Positions 27,697-37,125 of a stretch of DNA of 64,000 nucleotides are shown here, one piece after another. The notes below the pieces were generated by a model that had not been told where the DNA came from, made no database searches, and saw nothing but the letters and a program-made list of their open reading frames with translations. How positions within the stretch are numbered: position 1 is the stretch's first letter; each line of letters opens with the position of its first letter. The DNA comes from Thermoplasmata archaeon (GTDB taxonomy: Archaea > Thermoplasmatota > Thermoplasmata > WALJ01): contig JALTFR010000032.1 in the NCBI GenBank assembly GCA_027006785.1, forward strand, positions 67,685-131,684, written 5' to 3'. The position numbers and the translations under genes are program-made.

Positions 27697-29363
27697 TTAA
27701 TAGTATTTTCCTTGATGAGAGTGCTCACCACTCCCTCTATTCCATCTATGGCCACCCTTTCCTGCTCCTTGCTGTCCCTTTGCCTGAGCGTAACGGTACC
27801 GTCCTTCAGGCTGTCGTAGTCCACTGTTATGCAGTAGGGAGTACCGATCTCATCCATTCTCGCATATCTGCGGCCTATTGAACCCGAATCGTCATAAACG
27901 GACCTTATCCCTGCGGCACTCAGCCTCCTGTGTATGTCCATCGCCATCTCATCCAGCCCGTCCTTGGGCATTAACGGGAACACGCCCACCTTCACAGGTG
28001 CCACCGAAGGCCTGAGCTTGAGTATGCGGTAATCCCCATCTTTCATGTACGAATGCTCCAGAACAGCATAGAGTATCCTGTCTATGCCATAGGATGGCTC
28101 TATCACATGGGGAACGAAGTCCTCGCCGCTCACCTTCTTTTTTGCCTTCCTGATGGTGTATGCGTCCTCGGGCACGATGTACTCCTTTCCATCTATATCT
28201 ACCCTTATGTCGCCGCTCACCGACGAGGCATCCATCTCCTTGAGCTCTTCCGCCACCCTCTTCGCATCGCCTTTGAACAATGGGCCGAGCTTTTTGAAAT
28301 CAGGAACGATCTCCTCAACCTCCATCTCCACAGCCTCTTTGAATGTCCTCCTGGCCTTCAGAGATTCTCCTGAGAACTGCATGTGTCTTCTCAGGTCGTA
28401 ATCGGTCCTGTCCGCTATACCCACTATCTCCGTCCATCCATATGAAAGCAGGACCTCGGCATCCCAGCAGTCATCGGCATAGTGCGCCATCTCCTCCATG
28501 AGATGCTCCCTGAACCTGAGCCTCTTCTCATCTATTCCTATCTCAAGCAGGAACGAACGTGTAAGCCCCACGAAGTAGGCTAGGGCTTCGTTCTTTATGA
28601 TGCTCTTCTCAACGGCCTCTCCAAGGCTCATTCTGAACTCCCCGCCGGTATTTGGAAGCAGAAGGACCTCGGCATCCCTGTACCTCTCGAATCCGGGCCA
28701 TCTTTTGTTCTCAGGGTCGAAGAAGACCTCGGCCTCCGCCATGTTGAACTCCCTGAGCCTCAGAAGTCCCTGCCTCGGGCTTATCTCGTTCCTGAACCCC
28801 TTTCCTATCTGAACCGCACCGAATGGGAGTTTCTCCCTGAAATACCTGTAAAGCGATGGGAAGTCCATGAACATCGCCTGAGCGGTCTCTGGCCTCAGAT
28901 AACCCGTCCGCTCCCTTTTGCCCTTCGGCCCTATCTTTGTTCTGAACATAAGGTTGAACGGCTCTGGCTTCGAGAGAGGGCCTCCGCATTCTGGGCATTT
29001 CACACCTTCTTTTTTCATCTCCTGCCAGAGCTCATCGGCAGAGAGCGAGTCCGCATTCTCGATGGAAACCAGATGGTCGGCCCTGAAGGAAGAGCCACAC
29101 CTCTCGCAGACCGTCACCAGGTCCTCGAACTTGTCAAGATGGCCTGATGCACGGAAGACATCCTCGGGGCTCAGGTTGGGGGAGTCTATCTCCGCCATGC
29201 CCTCCTGAAACACATAGTAGCGCCTCCATGTGTCTATGATGTTTCTCTTGAGCGCTGCACCCAGCGGGCCGTAGTCATAGAAGCCCCTCATTCCGCCGTA
29301 TATCTCGAAGGCAGGCCAGATGAAACCCCTGCGCCTTGCCACAGCGAAGACCTTTTCCCACAA
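27693..29363 (-). CDS. glyS: glycyl-tRNA synthetase (archaeal/eukaryal alpha2 type)
   Basis: Class II motifs (FEIYGGMRGFYDYGPLG; RPETAQAMF; GKGFRNEISPRQGLLRLREF) characteristic of eukaryote/archaeal-type GlyRS. Confidence 0.9.
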   Translation of the reverse strand: MWEKVFAVARRRGFIWPAFEIYGGMRGFYDYGPLGAALKRNIIDTWRRYYVFQEGMAEIDSPNLSPEDVFRASGHLDKFEDLVTVCERCGSSFRADHLVSIENADSLSADELWQEMKKEGVKCPECGGPLSKPEPFNLMFRTKIGPKGKRERTGYLRPETAQAMFMDFPSLYRYFREKLPFGAVQIGKGFRNEISPRQGLLRLREFNMAEAEVFFDPENKRWPGFERYRDAEVLLLPNTGGEFRMSLGEAVEKSIIKNEALAYFVGLTRSFLLEIGIDEKRLRFREHLMEEMAHYADDCWDAEVLLSYGWTEIVGIADRTDYDLRRHMQFSGESLKARRTFKEAVEMEVEEIVPDFKKLGPLFKGDAKRVAEELKEMDASSVSGDIRVDIDGKEYIVPEDAYTIRKAKKKVSGEDFVPHVIEPSYGIDRILYAVLEHSYMKDGDYRILKLRPSVAPVKVGVFPLMPKDGLDEMAMDIHRRLSAAGIRSVYDDSGSIGRRYARMDEIGTPYCITVDYDSLKDGTVTLRQRDSKEQERVAIDGIEGVVSTLIKENTIN

Positions 29364-29366
29364 CCC

Positions 29367-30215
29367 TCATTCCTCCAGAAGAGTTGCCAGAAGGTCAAGC
29401 TCATATATCATGGCCATGAGCCTGTTGTTTTCATCTGTGATCGGAAGCTGGCCGTAGTCCTTCTCTAGCATTATACGTGCTGCCTCGCTCACAGGAGTGT
29501 TCTTGAAGGTCGTTCTGGGTTCCTTTATCATTATTTTTTCCACGGCTATGTTCGGGACGTCTATCTTTGAAGTTTCATAGTATAGTTTCATTACGTTTTT
29601 GAGTCCTTCCCAGTTCCACGCGTCTTCGTCGTCTCCCAGGCCTATATCCGAGGTCGATACCTTTTTTTCTATGACATTCATATTAAATATATCTCTATCG
29701 CTTATAAGTCCTATCAGCAGGCCGTCATCGTCCACAACTGGAAATGCATAGAGCTTTGCAAGTTTCATCGTCAGAAGAGCCACTTTTAGCGGTGTTTTCC
29801 TGTGGAGAGGTATGCAGGGACTCCTGGCATACTCATAAACTGGCTTCTGTATCTTTTTTTCTGCGATTATCTTCAGGAAGTCAGCAGGTGTGACTATCCC
29901 CTCCACCTTTCCTCTGGAATTCACCACGGGAAGATGGTGTGCCTCGTTGTTCAGAAGGAGTTTTGCGGCGTATTCCACACTGTCATTGGACATTGTGGTC
30001 GGGTGGTCTCTCATCACGAGCAGCGCCAGTTCCTCGGTATCGGGCATCTCAAAAAGCCTCTGCCTCGTTATAAGCCCTATGTATTCTTCTGTGGATTTTT
30101 TCACGACTGGCAGCCCGGTTTTTCTGTTCTTTACCAGTATTTTCACGACTTCATCCCTGTTTCCGGGAAGGTATGCTACTATCGGGTTCTTTACCATGAT
30201 GTCTCCTACTTTCAT
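29367..30215 (-). CDS. CBS-domain protein (two CBS pairs)
   Basis: Four CBS-like modules (e.g. VGDIMVKNPIVAYLPGNRDEVVKILVKNRKTGLPVV). Confidence 0.7.
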   Translation of the reverse strand: MKVGDIMVKNPIVAYLPGNRDEVVKILVKNRKTGLPVVKKSTEEYIGLITRQRLFEMPDTEELALLVMRDHPTTMSNDSVEYAAKLLLNNEAHHLPVVNSRGKVEGIVTPADFLKIIAEKKIQKPVYEYARSPCIPLHRKTPLKVALLTMKLAKLYAFPVVDDDGLLIGLISDRDIFNMNVIEKKVSTSDIGLGDDEDAWNWEGLKNVMKLYYETSKIDVPNIAVEKIMIKEPRTTFKNTPVSEAARIMLEKDYGQLPITDENNRLMAMIYELDLLATLLEE

Positions 30216-30671
30216 TCAACGCCTCCTTTTGTTGCGTACCACAAGAACGGGGCAGGGAGCGTGCCTTATGACCTTCTCAGCCACGCTTCCAAGGAGAAGT
30301 TTCTCCAGAGCGCTCTGCCCGAAGCTTCCTATGACTATAAGGTCTGCATCATCTTCTTCTGCTGCTTTGACTATTTCATCGGCAGGTATCCCCTCTCTTT
30401 TTACAGTTCGGATACGGACACCCATTTTATCGGCTTCATCCCTGAGCTCTTCTAGTATCTCATCGCCGTTATCCCTTAGCATGTTAACATAGGCGTATTC
30501 CATATCTTCCAGATCTATTCCAGAGAAATCCCTGATATCCACAACATACACTCCTGTGACCTCTGCCCCCAGCATCTTAGCAAGGCTGAGACCCTTCTTT
30601 ATCGCGCTCTTCGTGTACTCCGAACCATCAGTCGCTATCAGTATCTTCTTTATCTCGTCCATCAGGACCAC
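30216..30671 (-). CDS. universal stress protein (UspA family)
   Basis: KKILIATDGSEYTKSA...GADLIVIGSFGQSALEKLLLGSVAEKVIRHAPCPVLVV. Confidence 0.75.
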   Translation of the reverse strand: MVLMDEIKKILIATDGSEYTKSAIKKGLSLAKMLGAEVTGVYVVDIRDFSGIDLEDMEYAYVNMLRDNGDEILEELRDEADKMGVRIRTVKREGIPADEIVKAAEEDDADLIVIGSFGQSALEKLLLGSVAEKVIRHAPCPVLVVRNKRRR

Positions 30672-31719
30672 TTCCTGTTAATGGGATTATCTCGCTGTTT
30701 CCAAGTATGCCCTTTTCAGGGTGCAGCCAGGGTGCTTTCACGAGAAGGGCTGGCCGCCCTGTCTCTATCCCTACACTGCGCTCTTTTAAACCTTTTCTCT
30801 CAAATATGCCTGTCAGTATCCTCTCCACATATTTTCTCTCGTTCTTGGGAGTTGAAAGGTAAAGATACCTTATCTCCGCAATCATGTCCGGCTTCGCTAT
30901 CATACCGTTGTCTGTGCCAACCCTCACATCTATGCCGTGCTCCACCAGTTCCTTCACCTTCGGCCTCTTTCCGAAGAATGCGTTGGAGCGCGGGCAGATG
31001 ACCACCGGAATATTCGCATCCGCTATCGCCTGAAAGTCCTCTTCCTCCATCTCGATGGCATGGACTATCATGTCCGGCCTCAGTTCAAGCAGCTGTCCGA
31101 CATCTTCCCTTATCCTCTCGCTGAAATGTATGGCGAAGAGTTTTCCTCTTTCATGCGCCATCTCAGCGGCCATCAGTATGTCATCGAAGTCATGGTCCGA
31201 GAGAGCGCTTATTCCGAAGCCGTCGGACCTTTGCAGGAGTTCTTCCATCTCATCTTCCTTCCATTCGACAGGCCTGGACAGGATGCTCGCATCTATTTCA
31301 TGGCCCTGGAGCGCCTTTTCGATCAATTCCAGACCTTTGACCCCCCCTTCCCTGAAGTCTATGAAACCCGAGGTGAAGGTCCTTTTCATGAGGTTCAGGC
31401 TTTTTTTCATACCTGCAATCATTATTTCATCGTCGGCGGATCTCAGCGCTCTCTCCTTGAAGCCTCCTGGCCCTACAAGCCTGTCCAGAGGCAGTTTCGG
31501 AATGTGCTCTATGAATGAATCGCCGAGATGTGTGTGGTGATTGAAGAAGTACGGGATGACTATGCCCGTGGCATCAGGATAAGGGACCATTCGCTCCGAT
31601 ATCTCGGTCACAATGCCGTTCTCAACAACGACATGTCCTTCCATTAAGCCGTTCTCGGTGAGTATGGAGCCGTTGACCTTCACGCAGGTGGATACGGTTG
31701 GGTATAATAAGGATATCAC
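30628..31719 (-). CDS. amidohydrolase-family nucleoside/nucleobase deaminase (MtaD/DadD/guanine deaminase-like)
   Basis: FFNHHTHLGDSF (HxH metal site), TIM-barrel amidohydrolase layout with HAIEM and VGTDN motifs. Confidence 0.65.
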   Translation of the reverse strand: MISLLYPTVSTCVKVNGSILTENGLMEGHVVVENGIVTEISERMVPYPDATGIVIPYFFNHHTHLGDSFIEHIPKLPLDRLVGPGGFKERALRSADDEIMIAGMKKSLNLMKRTFTSGFIDFREGGVKGLELIEKALQGHEIDASILSRPVEWKEDEMEELLQRSDGFGISALSDHDFDDILMAAEMAHERGKLFAIHFSERIREDVGQLLELRPDMIVHAIEMEEEDFQAIADANIPVVICPRSNAFFGKRPKVKELVEHGIDVRVGTDNGMIAKPDMIAEIRYLYLSTPKNERKYVERILTGIFERKGLKERSVGIETGRPALLVKAPWLHPEKGILGNSEIIPLTGSGPDGRDKEDTDSD

Positions 31720-31750
31720 ACAGAGTTGAAAATGGAAAAGGAAAGGGGTT

Positions 31751-32797
31751 TCAGTAAAGTACGGAGCTGTTCAGGGGATAACTGGTGGCCATCCTTATGT
31801 CCTCAAAGCCCATGACGCTCTGAGAAACCCGCGTGAACCCTATTCCGCAGCCGGAATGCAGGATCGGATCCTTTTTTACAAGGTTCAGATATTCCTCGAA
31901 GTCCTGCATCGTAACCCCTCTCTTACTCAGTATTCTGAACATCTGGCTTTCTTTCAGTCTTTTAACCAGCCGCCCATAGTCATTCTCCCTCTCTGCCGAA
32001 CCCACGGATTCTCCGCTGTAGGGCATTATGAGGTCGGCGCTGTTCACCACACCCGGGTCATCATCGTTCACGCGCATGTTGAAGAACTTTATCTTCTTCG
32101 GATAGTGTGTTATGAACAGAGGCCCGTTCCCGTATTTCTCGACCAGAAAGAGCTCGTGAGCATGTGTAAGGTCGTCTCCCCACTCTATTTCCAGAGCCGT
32201 CCCCTTCAGATGCTCCACCGCTTCAGTGTATGTTATACTGTTGAAAGGCCTCAGGTACGATTCCAGTTCGTCTATGCTCCTTCCCAGGATTTCGAGGTCA
32301 TCCCTGTTGTTCTTCAGCACCTTTCGCATCATCGCCTTGATCGTTTCCTCTATGATATCGAGAAGCATCTCGAAACCTCCCTTGTGCTCGAACTCGATAA
32401 GGTGGAACTGGTTGAGATGCCTGTCATCCACGGACCCCTCCGCCCTGCTGCTGTGTATCACCGTCCACACCTTTTCATGGGATGGAATCTTCGCCTCAAG
32501 ATACAGTTGACCCGTCTGTGCGAGATATGCGGTTTTTCCGAAGTGCTCCACACTGTAGAGGGTGTCAACATTCTCGCAGGCACCTGTTATTTTTGTCATT
32601 ATTGGCACATCTATCCACCTGAAACCGCTTTTGCTCAGGTGTTCTATGGCACCCAGCATAAGGCTGTCGTTTATGTTGTCCACCGCTTTCATCCACTCGC
32701 TGTTCAGTATTCCGAACCTGTTGTCCGTAGACTTCATCCGTTCTTTGGGAATCATTTCATCACCATTTTTCGACCAGAGCGCAAGACTACTTAACAC
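31751..32797 (-). CDS. asnA: archaeal AsnA-like aspartate-ammonia ligase (class II aaRS-like catalytic core, no anticodon-binding domain)
   Basis: Class II aaRS core motifs (FRWIDVPIMT; HLNQFHLIEFE; SGCGIGFTRV) without an anticodon-binding domain, as in archaeal AsnA. Confidence 0.6.
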   Translation of the reverse strand: MLSSLALWSKNGDEMIPKERMKSTDNRFGILNSEWMKAVDNINDSLMLGAIEHLSKSGFRWIDVPIMTKITGACENVDTLYSVEHFGKTAYLAQTGQLYLEAKIPSHEKVWTVIHSSRAEGSVDDRHLNQFHLIEFEHKGGFEMLLDIIEETIKAMMRKVLKNNRDDLEILGRSIDELESYLRPFNSITYTEAVEHLKGTALEIEWGDDLTHAHELFLVEKYGNGPLFITHYPKKIKFFNMRVNDDDPGVVNSADLIMPYSGESVGSAERENDYGRLVKRLKESQMFRILSKRGVTMQDFEEYLNLVKKDPILHSGCGIGFTRVSQSVMGFEDIRMATSYPLNSSVLY

Positions 32798-32855
32798 TCT
32801 GCTGTAAAAAATCTTACAACAAAAAGCAGTTATACCCTCTCACCTTCCGGATATC

Positions 32856-33572
32856 ATGGAGCATGAAAAGATACTTCAAAAGATAGGGCTGTCACCGAAT
32901 GAGTCCATAGTCTATCTGACGCTTCTCAAGATAGGCTCGTCAAAGGCCGGGAGAATATCCAAAGAATGCGCTCTCAACAGGACCTCCACATACAATTCCC
33001 TGCGCTCCCTGATAGAGAAAGGTCTGGTCTCTTATGTCATAATAGGAAAGGTCAAGTGGTTTCAGGCATCGCCGCCCTCAAACCTCGAGGTCTACCTGAA
33101 GAATAAAATGGAAGTGCTGCACGAGGGTCTTCCCGAACTTCAGAGGATATACCAGTCTAACACGATGGAAAGTAGTGTACGACTTTTCAAGGGAAACAAG
33201 GGTGTCAGAACTGTGTTGGAGGACATAATATCAACAGGGGAGACAAATCTTATACTCGGCTCCGAAGGGCAGCTGGAGGAGAGGATGCCGCATTATGCTT
33301 CGAGATTCACGAGACAATTGAGTGAAAAAGGGATAAAGGTGCGTAGCCTGGTGCGGAGTGGCAGGAAGGGAGAGGTATCTGACAGGGCGGAAGTTCGCTT
33401 CGTCCCCGAGAATGTGGAATCCCCGATGGTCACCAACATATACGGCAACAAGATTGCGCTCATCATCTGGAGCGACCCTCCCGAGGCCATTCTGATAGAG
33501 AACAAGATGGCGGCCAAGGCCTACCGGAGCTATTTCGAGCTCATATGGGAGAGCGCAGATAGAGAGGAATGA
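32856..33572 (+). CDS. TrmB-family transcriptional regulator
   Basis: N-terminal wHTH (LGLSPNESIVYLTLLKIGSSKAGRISKECALNRTSTYNSLRSLIEKGLV) plus C-terminal sensing domain. Confidence 0.7.
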   Translation: MEHEKILQKIGLSPNESIVYLTLLKIGSSKAGRISKECALNRTSTYNSLRSLIEKGLVSYVIIGKVKWFQASPPSNLEVYLKNKMEVLHEGLPELQRIYQSNTMESSVRLFKGNKGVRTVLEDIISTGETNLILGSEGQLEERMPHYASRFTRQLSEKGIKVRSLVRSGRKGEVSDRAEVRFVPENVESPMVTNIYGNKIALIIWSDPPEAILIENKMAAKAYRSYFELIWESADREE

Positions 33573-33666
33573 TGAAAAAATAATCAGTTGAACTTCTCTT
33601 CTTTATCAGAATAATTCTTATATCTGCATTAAAAAGTTTTATGTACTGGGAGCAGTTAGGACACAC

Positions 33667-34188
33667 ATGGCCGAAAAGATGGCGAAGGGGGCGGTTCTGA
33701 ACGGCTACCTGAAATTCATAAAGAAGAAATGGGGTAAGATCGGTCTCGAAGAGGCCATGGGATACGCTGGACTTCAGAAGATGCCAAAGGATGCGGACTG
33801 GGGCCCGGCAGAACAGTTTGACAAGGTTCTGGAATGGATATCAAACAAAAAGGGAATTGAATATGTGAAGGAGGCTGGGAGATACTCTGCGAAGGATCTC
33901 GGCATATTCGGGTACATCTTCGGTGCCATAGTGGGTGCTGAAAAGCTGCTCAAGAGGGCAAAAGAGGTCTATCCCACCATGTTCAACTACGGTGACTTTC
34001 ATATAGAGATGAAAGGGAGCAATACTGCAATAATAAACATAAAGAGTGCCTCCCTTACTGAATACGATTGTCCTGCATGGGAGGGCGGCCTCATAGGCCT
34101 CATGGAGATAACAAGGAGCAACGGGCGTGTTCATGTGGAGGAGCCCGATTCACCGGAGGATTGTAAATTCAAGCTTGAATGGGATTAA
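33667..34188 (+). CDS. hypothetical protein, possible small-molecule-binding (V4R-like) sensor domain
   Basis: 173-aa soluble ORF with no catalytic motifs; weak resemblance to V4R / hydrocarbon-binding-type folds; low certainty. Confidence 0.35.
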   Translation: MAEKMAKGAVLNGYLKFIKKKWGKIGLEEAMGYAGLQKMPKDADWGPAEQFDKVLEWISNKKGIEYVKEAGRYSAKDLGIFGYIFGAIVGAEKLLKRAKEVYPTMFNYGDFHIEMKGSNTAIINIKSASLTEYDCPAWEGGLIGLMEITRSNGRVHVEEPDSPEDCKFKLEWD

Positions 34189-34243
34189 AATATCGGACTT
34201 GCAAGATTCCGGCTTTGAGAGTTACCAAAACCTTTAAATAGAT

Positions 34244-35230
34244 ATGAGAATTGAGAAAAATGGTGAAAAAATGAAAAATAGGGTGATATTAAGCCTTGTG
34301 GCAGGGGGAGCCGTCTTTTTGCTCCTTCTAACGTCATTTTCCGGAACAGTCTCCGCATCTGTTGAGATAGACAGCTATCCTACTTTCAGCAGCGGGGACT
34401 ACTTCAATTATGATGTAAACGCCACGGGATTCGCCCGTTCCATGGAAGAGCGCTTTAGAGATGCGAATATAGAGATAGAAAGCAGTGTTGCCGAGATAAA
34501 GGTGGCAGGATATGACAAGGTTACAGACGACAGCCATACATATGATTGTGTGGTTATGGAAATGTCAATAGATATAAAAATGAGAGTGAGAGGAAGCTAT
34601 GATGGCGAGAATTATTCCGGAGAGATACACCAGATAATATCAGACAGGATGTGGCAGACAAGGTCGGATGCTAAGATGCTGAAGGATGAGAGTTCCAGTC
34701 ACGAATACACGAATATGACCATGCTATCCATCGGAAAAACCACCAGTCAGGAGAGCAAGGATATAAGCTATACATTTTATGACAATCCTGTGGAAGAGTA
34801 CAAAATACCGGTAAAGTCAGGAGAAAAATGGAGTACCACAACCGGTGAGAGAATACACCTGATAAGTATGAAGAGAGTCGGAACGGGAAAATGGCAGGCA
34901 TATGAAAGGAATTACACATCTACGGTGACGAAGGATTACGAGGTTCTCTCTGAGCAGAGCATAGATGTTAAAGCAGGAAGCTTTGATACCCTGAAGATAA
35001 AGGAGAGCAAGAACGGAAGTGAGAACTGCACATATGAGTACGTCACCTCAAAGGGTATGGTGGTAAAACTCGATATGAAATCAGGAAATGAGACCATAAT
35101 GACAGCAGAGCTCAGTTCTTACAGACTATCCGACTCAGATTCGAAATCAACGTCGGCACCAGGCCCTCTGGCATCAATTCTGGCGCTCTCTCTTGTCATG
35201 ATTGCATACGCATACCGTAAAAATAGGTAG
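34244..35230 (+). CDS. secreted protein with PGF-CTERM-like C-terminal sorting signal
   Basis: Signal peptide (MKNRVILSLVAGGAVFLLLLTSFSG); C-terminus ...STSAPGPLASILALSLVMIAYAYRKNR, i.e. a PGx tripeptide, TM helix and basic tail. Confidence 0.55.
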   Translation: MRIEKNGEKMKNRVILSLVAGGAVFLLLLTSFSGTVSASVEIDSYPTFSSGDYFNYDVNATGFARSMEERFRDANIEIESSVAEIKVAGYDKVTDDSHTYDCVVMEMSIDIKMRVRGSYDGENYSGEIHQIISDRMWQTRSDAKMLKDESSSHEYTNMTMLSIGKTTSQESKDISYTFYDNPVEEYKIPVKSGEKWSTTTGERIHLISMKRVGTGKWQAYERNYTSTVTKDYEVLSEQSIDVKAGSFDTLKIKESKNGSENCTYEYVTSKGMVVKLDMKSGNETIMTAELSSYRLSDSDSKSTSAPGPLASILALSLVMIAYAYRKNR

Positions 35231-35515
35231 TCAATCACACCTCTGTTTTGTCATAATCTGCAACTGGCCGGGTGCGATGAAAGCCCACGTGCTCCAAGTA
35301 GTGAAACTTATGTGCTAATGGAGCTGGAAACATGCCTCTATGCCTCTCATAAAGGAAAATACAGGGAGTTGCATTAGCAGGACATCCAAAAATAAAAGGA
35401 TATAAAGATGTTTTAAAGAGGTTTTTAAGATTCAGAGATTCTGAAGCCCTTTTACAGGGCCCTTTATTCCAGAATTCCGAAGATCTGGCTTTCTTTCAGT
35501 CTTTTACGTTCTAGC
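35231..35515 (-). pseudogene. degraded relic of the 3' portion of an asnA-like gene
   Basis: Minus-strand reading gives RKRLKESQIFGILE* matching AsnA VKRLKESQMFRILS; 30/32-nt match (35475..35506 vs 31923..31954, with an exact 24-mer ATCTGGCTTTCTTTCAGTCTTTTA) and weaker similarity further on (GAATCTCTGAATCTT vs GAATATCTGAACCTT); multiple stops and frameshifts. Confidence 0.5.
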
Positions 35516-36535
35516 TCATTTTTTGCTCTCCGCTTTCTCGCACTTCCACATCTTCGCTATCTTCCTCCATACCTTCACATAACCCACCAGGAAGGGTATC
35601 TGTATCAACGGGGTAACGGCGGGAGGTATCGCCATAAGGCCCATTCCCGCGCTCATCGCTATCGCCATTGCCGTGCCCTCGTTCTTTCCAACTGATGGGA
35701 ATGTTATGGCCATGTGGTCCCTGTAGCTTATTCCCATCGCCCTGTTCAGATAGGTCAGCAGTCCGAGGGAGATAAGATAGTACAGTATCAGGGGAACAAG
35801 GGCTATGACGACCATCTCAGGCTTCTTCGCTATGAGCTTCGCCTTTTCCATGAATATCAGGAAGACGATGAGATACATACCGATGAGAGATATGGCAGGG
35901 AAGAGCGGCTTCAGCCGGAGGAAGCCCTCAGGCCCCCTCTTCTTTATCAGATACTGCCTTGTAAGAACGCCGAAGAACATTGGCACGAAAACGACCTCCA
36001 CTATCGTTATTATCAGAAGCAGTGTGGGAACGCTGATGCTCGAAGACGAGGCGTATACCCAGAGCCAGCCGGGTACTGTTACGATTGCGAGTATGAAACT
36101 GATCGCAACAATGATTGTGGCAAGCTCGAGATTTCCCTCTGTGAATCCGGTGTATGCTATGCTCATGGAGGAGCAGGGCACGACCATCGCCAGCATGAGT
36201 CCGAGGGCAAGCTGGGGGCTTAGGGGATAGAACAGGGACACGAGGTATATCAGGAGCCACATAAGGAGTGGAGCCACGACAAGGCCCATGGTAAGCCCTA
36301 TGGCAAGCTGTTTCCCCTGCTTCATGGAGTTCTTAAGCTCTCCCAGCCTCAGGTTTATCATCATCGGGTATATCATGGATATCACAACAGCGAGGTTCAG
36401 CCAGTGGAACATCTCCTTGTATTTCTTTGGGTCTATGTTCAGGCCCACGATGAAGCCGAGTATCATGGCAAGTGTCACATAGACCGGCAGGAACTTATCC
36501 AGATGGTTCTTCAGTTTCAGATAGTCCATATTCAA
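35516..36535 (-). CDS. acr3: arsenite efflux transporter ACR3 (BASS/ACR3 family)
   Basis: 10-TM protein with the ACR3-type N-terminus MNMDYLKLKNHLDKFLPVYVTLAMILGFIVG and conserved CSSM... region. Confidence 0.65.
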   Translation of the reverse strand: MNMDYLKLKNHLDKFLPVYVTLAMILGFIVGLNIDPKKYKEMFHWLNLAVVISMIYPMMINLRLGELKNSMKQGKQLAIGLTMGLVVAPLLMWLLIYLVSLFYPLSPQLALGLMLAMVVPCSSMSIAYTGFTEGNLELATIIVAISFILAIVTVPGWLWVYASSSSISVPTLLLIITIVEVVFVPMFFGVLTRQYLIKKRGPEGFLRLKPLFPAISLIGMYLIVFLIFMEKAKLIAKKPEMVVIALVPLILYYLISLGLLTYLNRAMGISYRDHMAITFPSVGKNEGTAMAIAMSAGMGLMAIPPAVTPLIQIPFLVGYVKVWRKIAKMWKCEKAESKK

Positions 36536-37014
36536 TCCTCCTCATGGGTCTTTATTATAAGAACCGGTCTTTTTGTCCTTCTTAGGACCCTTATCGTGGT
36601 GGAGCCGAGAAGTTCCTTGGAATACCCAAGCTTTCCATGTGAGGGCAGGAGAATCATGGATACATTCTCATCATCTGCGAACTTCACTATTTCCTCATAG
36701 GGTATGCCAATCCTCACAACGCTCCGCACCCTTTTAGCTCTCAGCATCCTTCGGTATTCTTCTTCCCTTTCTTTGAGTGCCTTAATGGCATTTTCCTTTG
36801 CTCTGGATATCACGTCCTTCATCTCCTTTTTCTCGCTCTCATACATGAAGGAGTATCCGTTGAGCATATCCTCTATGTATCCCTCATCTATCACATGGAG
36901 AAGTATGCACTCCTCCACTTCCGCCGTGTTTTCCTTCTCGAATCTCTGTATGGCTCTTATGGAGCCCTTACTGAAATCCGTTGGAAACAGCACCTTTCTG
37001 AACATCTTTTTCAC
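36532..37014 (-). CDS. universal stress protein (UspA family)
   Basis: VLFPTDFSKGS...MILLPSHGKLGYSKELLGSTTIRVLRRTKRPVLII; ATGA coupling with acr3. Confidence 0.75.
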   Translation of the reverse strand: MKKMFRKVLFPTDFSKGSIRAIQRFEKENTAEVEECILLHVIDEGYIEDMLNGYSFMYESEKKEMKDVISRAKENAIKALKEREEEYRRMLRAKRVRSVVRIGIPYEEIVKFADDENVSMILLPSHGKLGYSKELLGSTTIRVLRRTKRPVLIIKTHEED

Positions 37015-37125
37015 CTCATTTCAGGATTTTTTGAACTGCCGAGCTTGACACGGTATATACGCATTACGCCGAAATCGGTCTGCTTCGGCGAAAAACTTAA
37101 ATCAATAACCATCTTTACTGAAAGT

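Noticed and set aside
31856-32794. 312-aa + strand ORF
   Set aside because: Antisense to the asnA-like gene, which has class II aaRS motifs; shadow ORF.
37076-37097. GCCGAA-N10-TTCGGC palindrome between usp and the wHTH regulator
   Set aside because: Short (6-bp arms); could be an operator or terminator hairpin but is not distinguishable from chance without binding data. Mentioned only as a lead in the arsenic-module finding.
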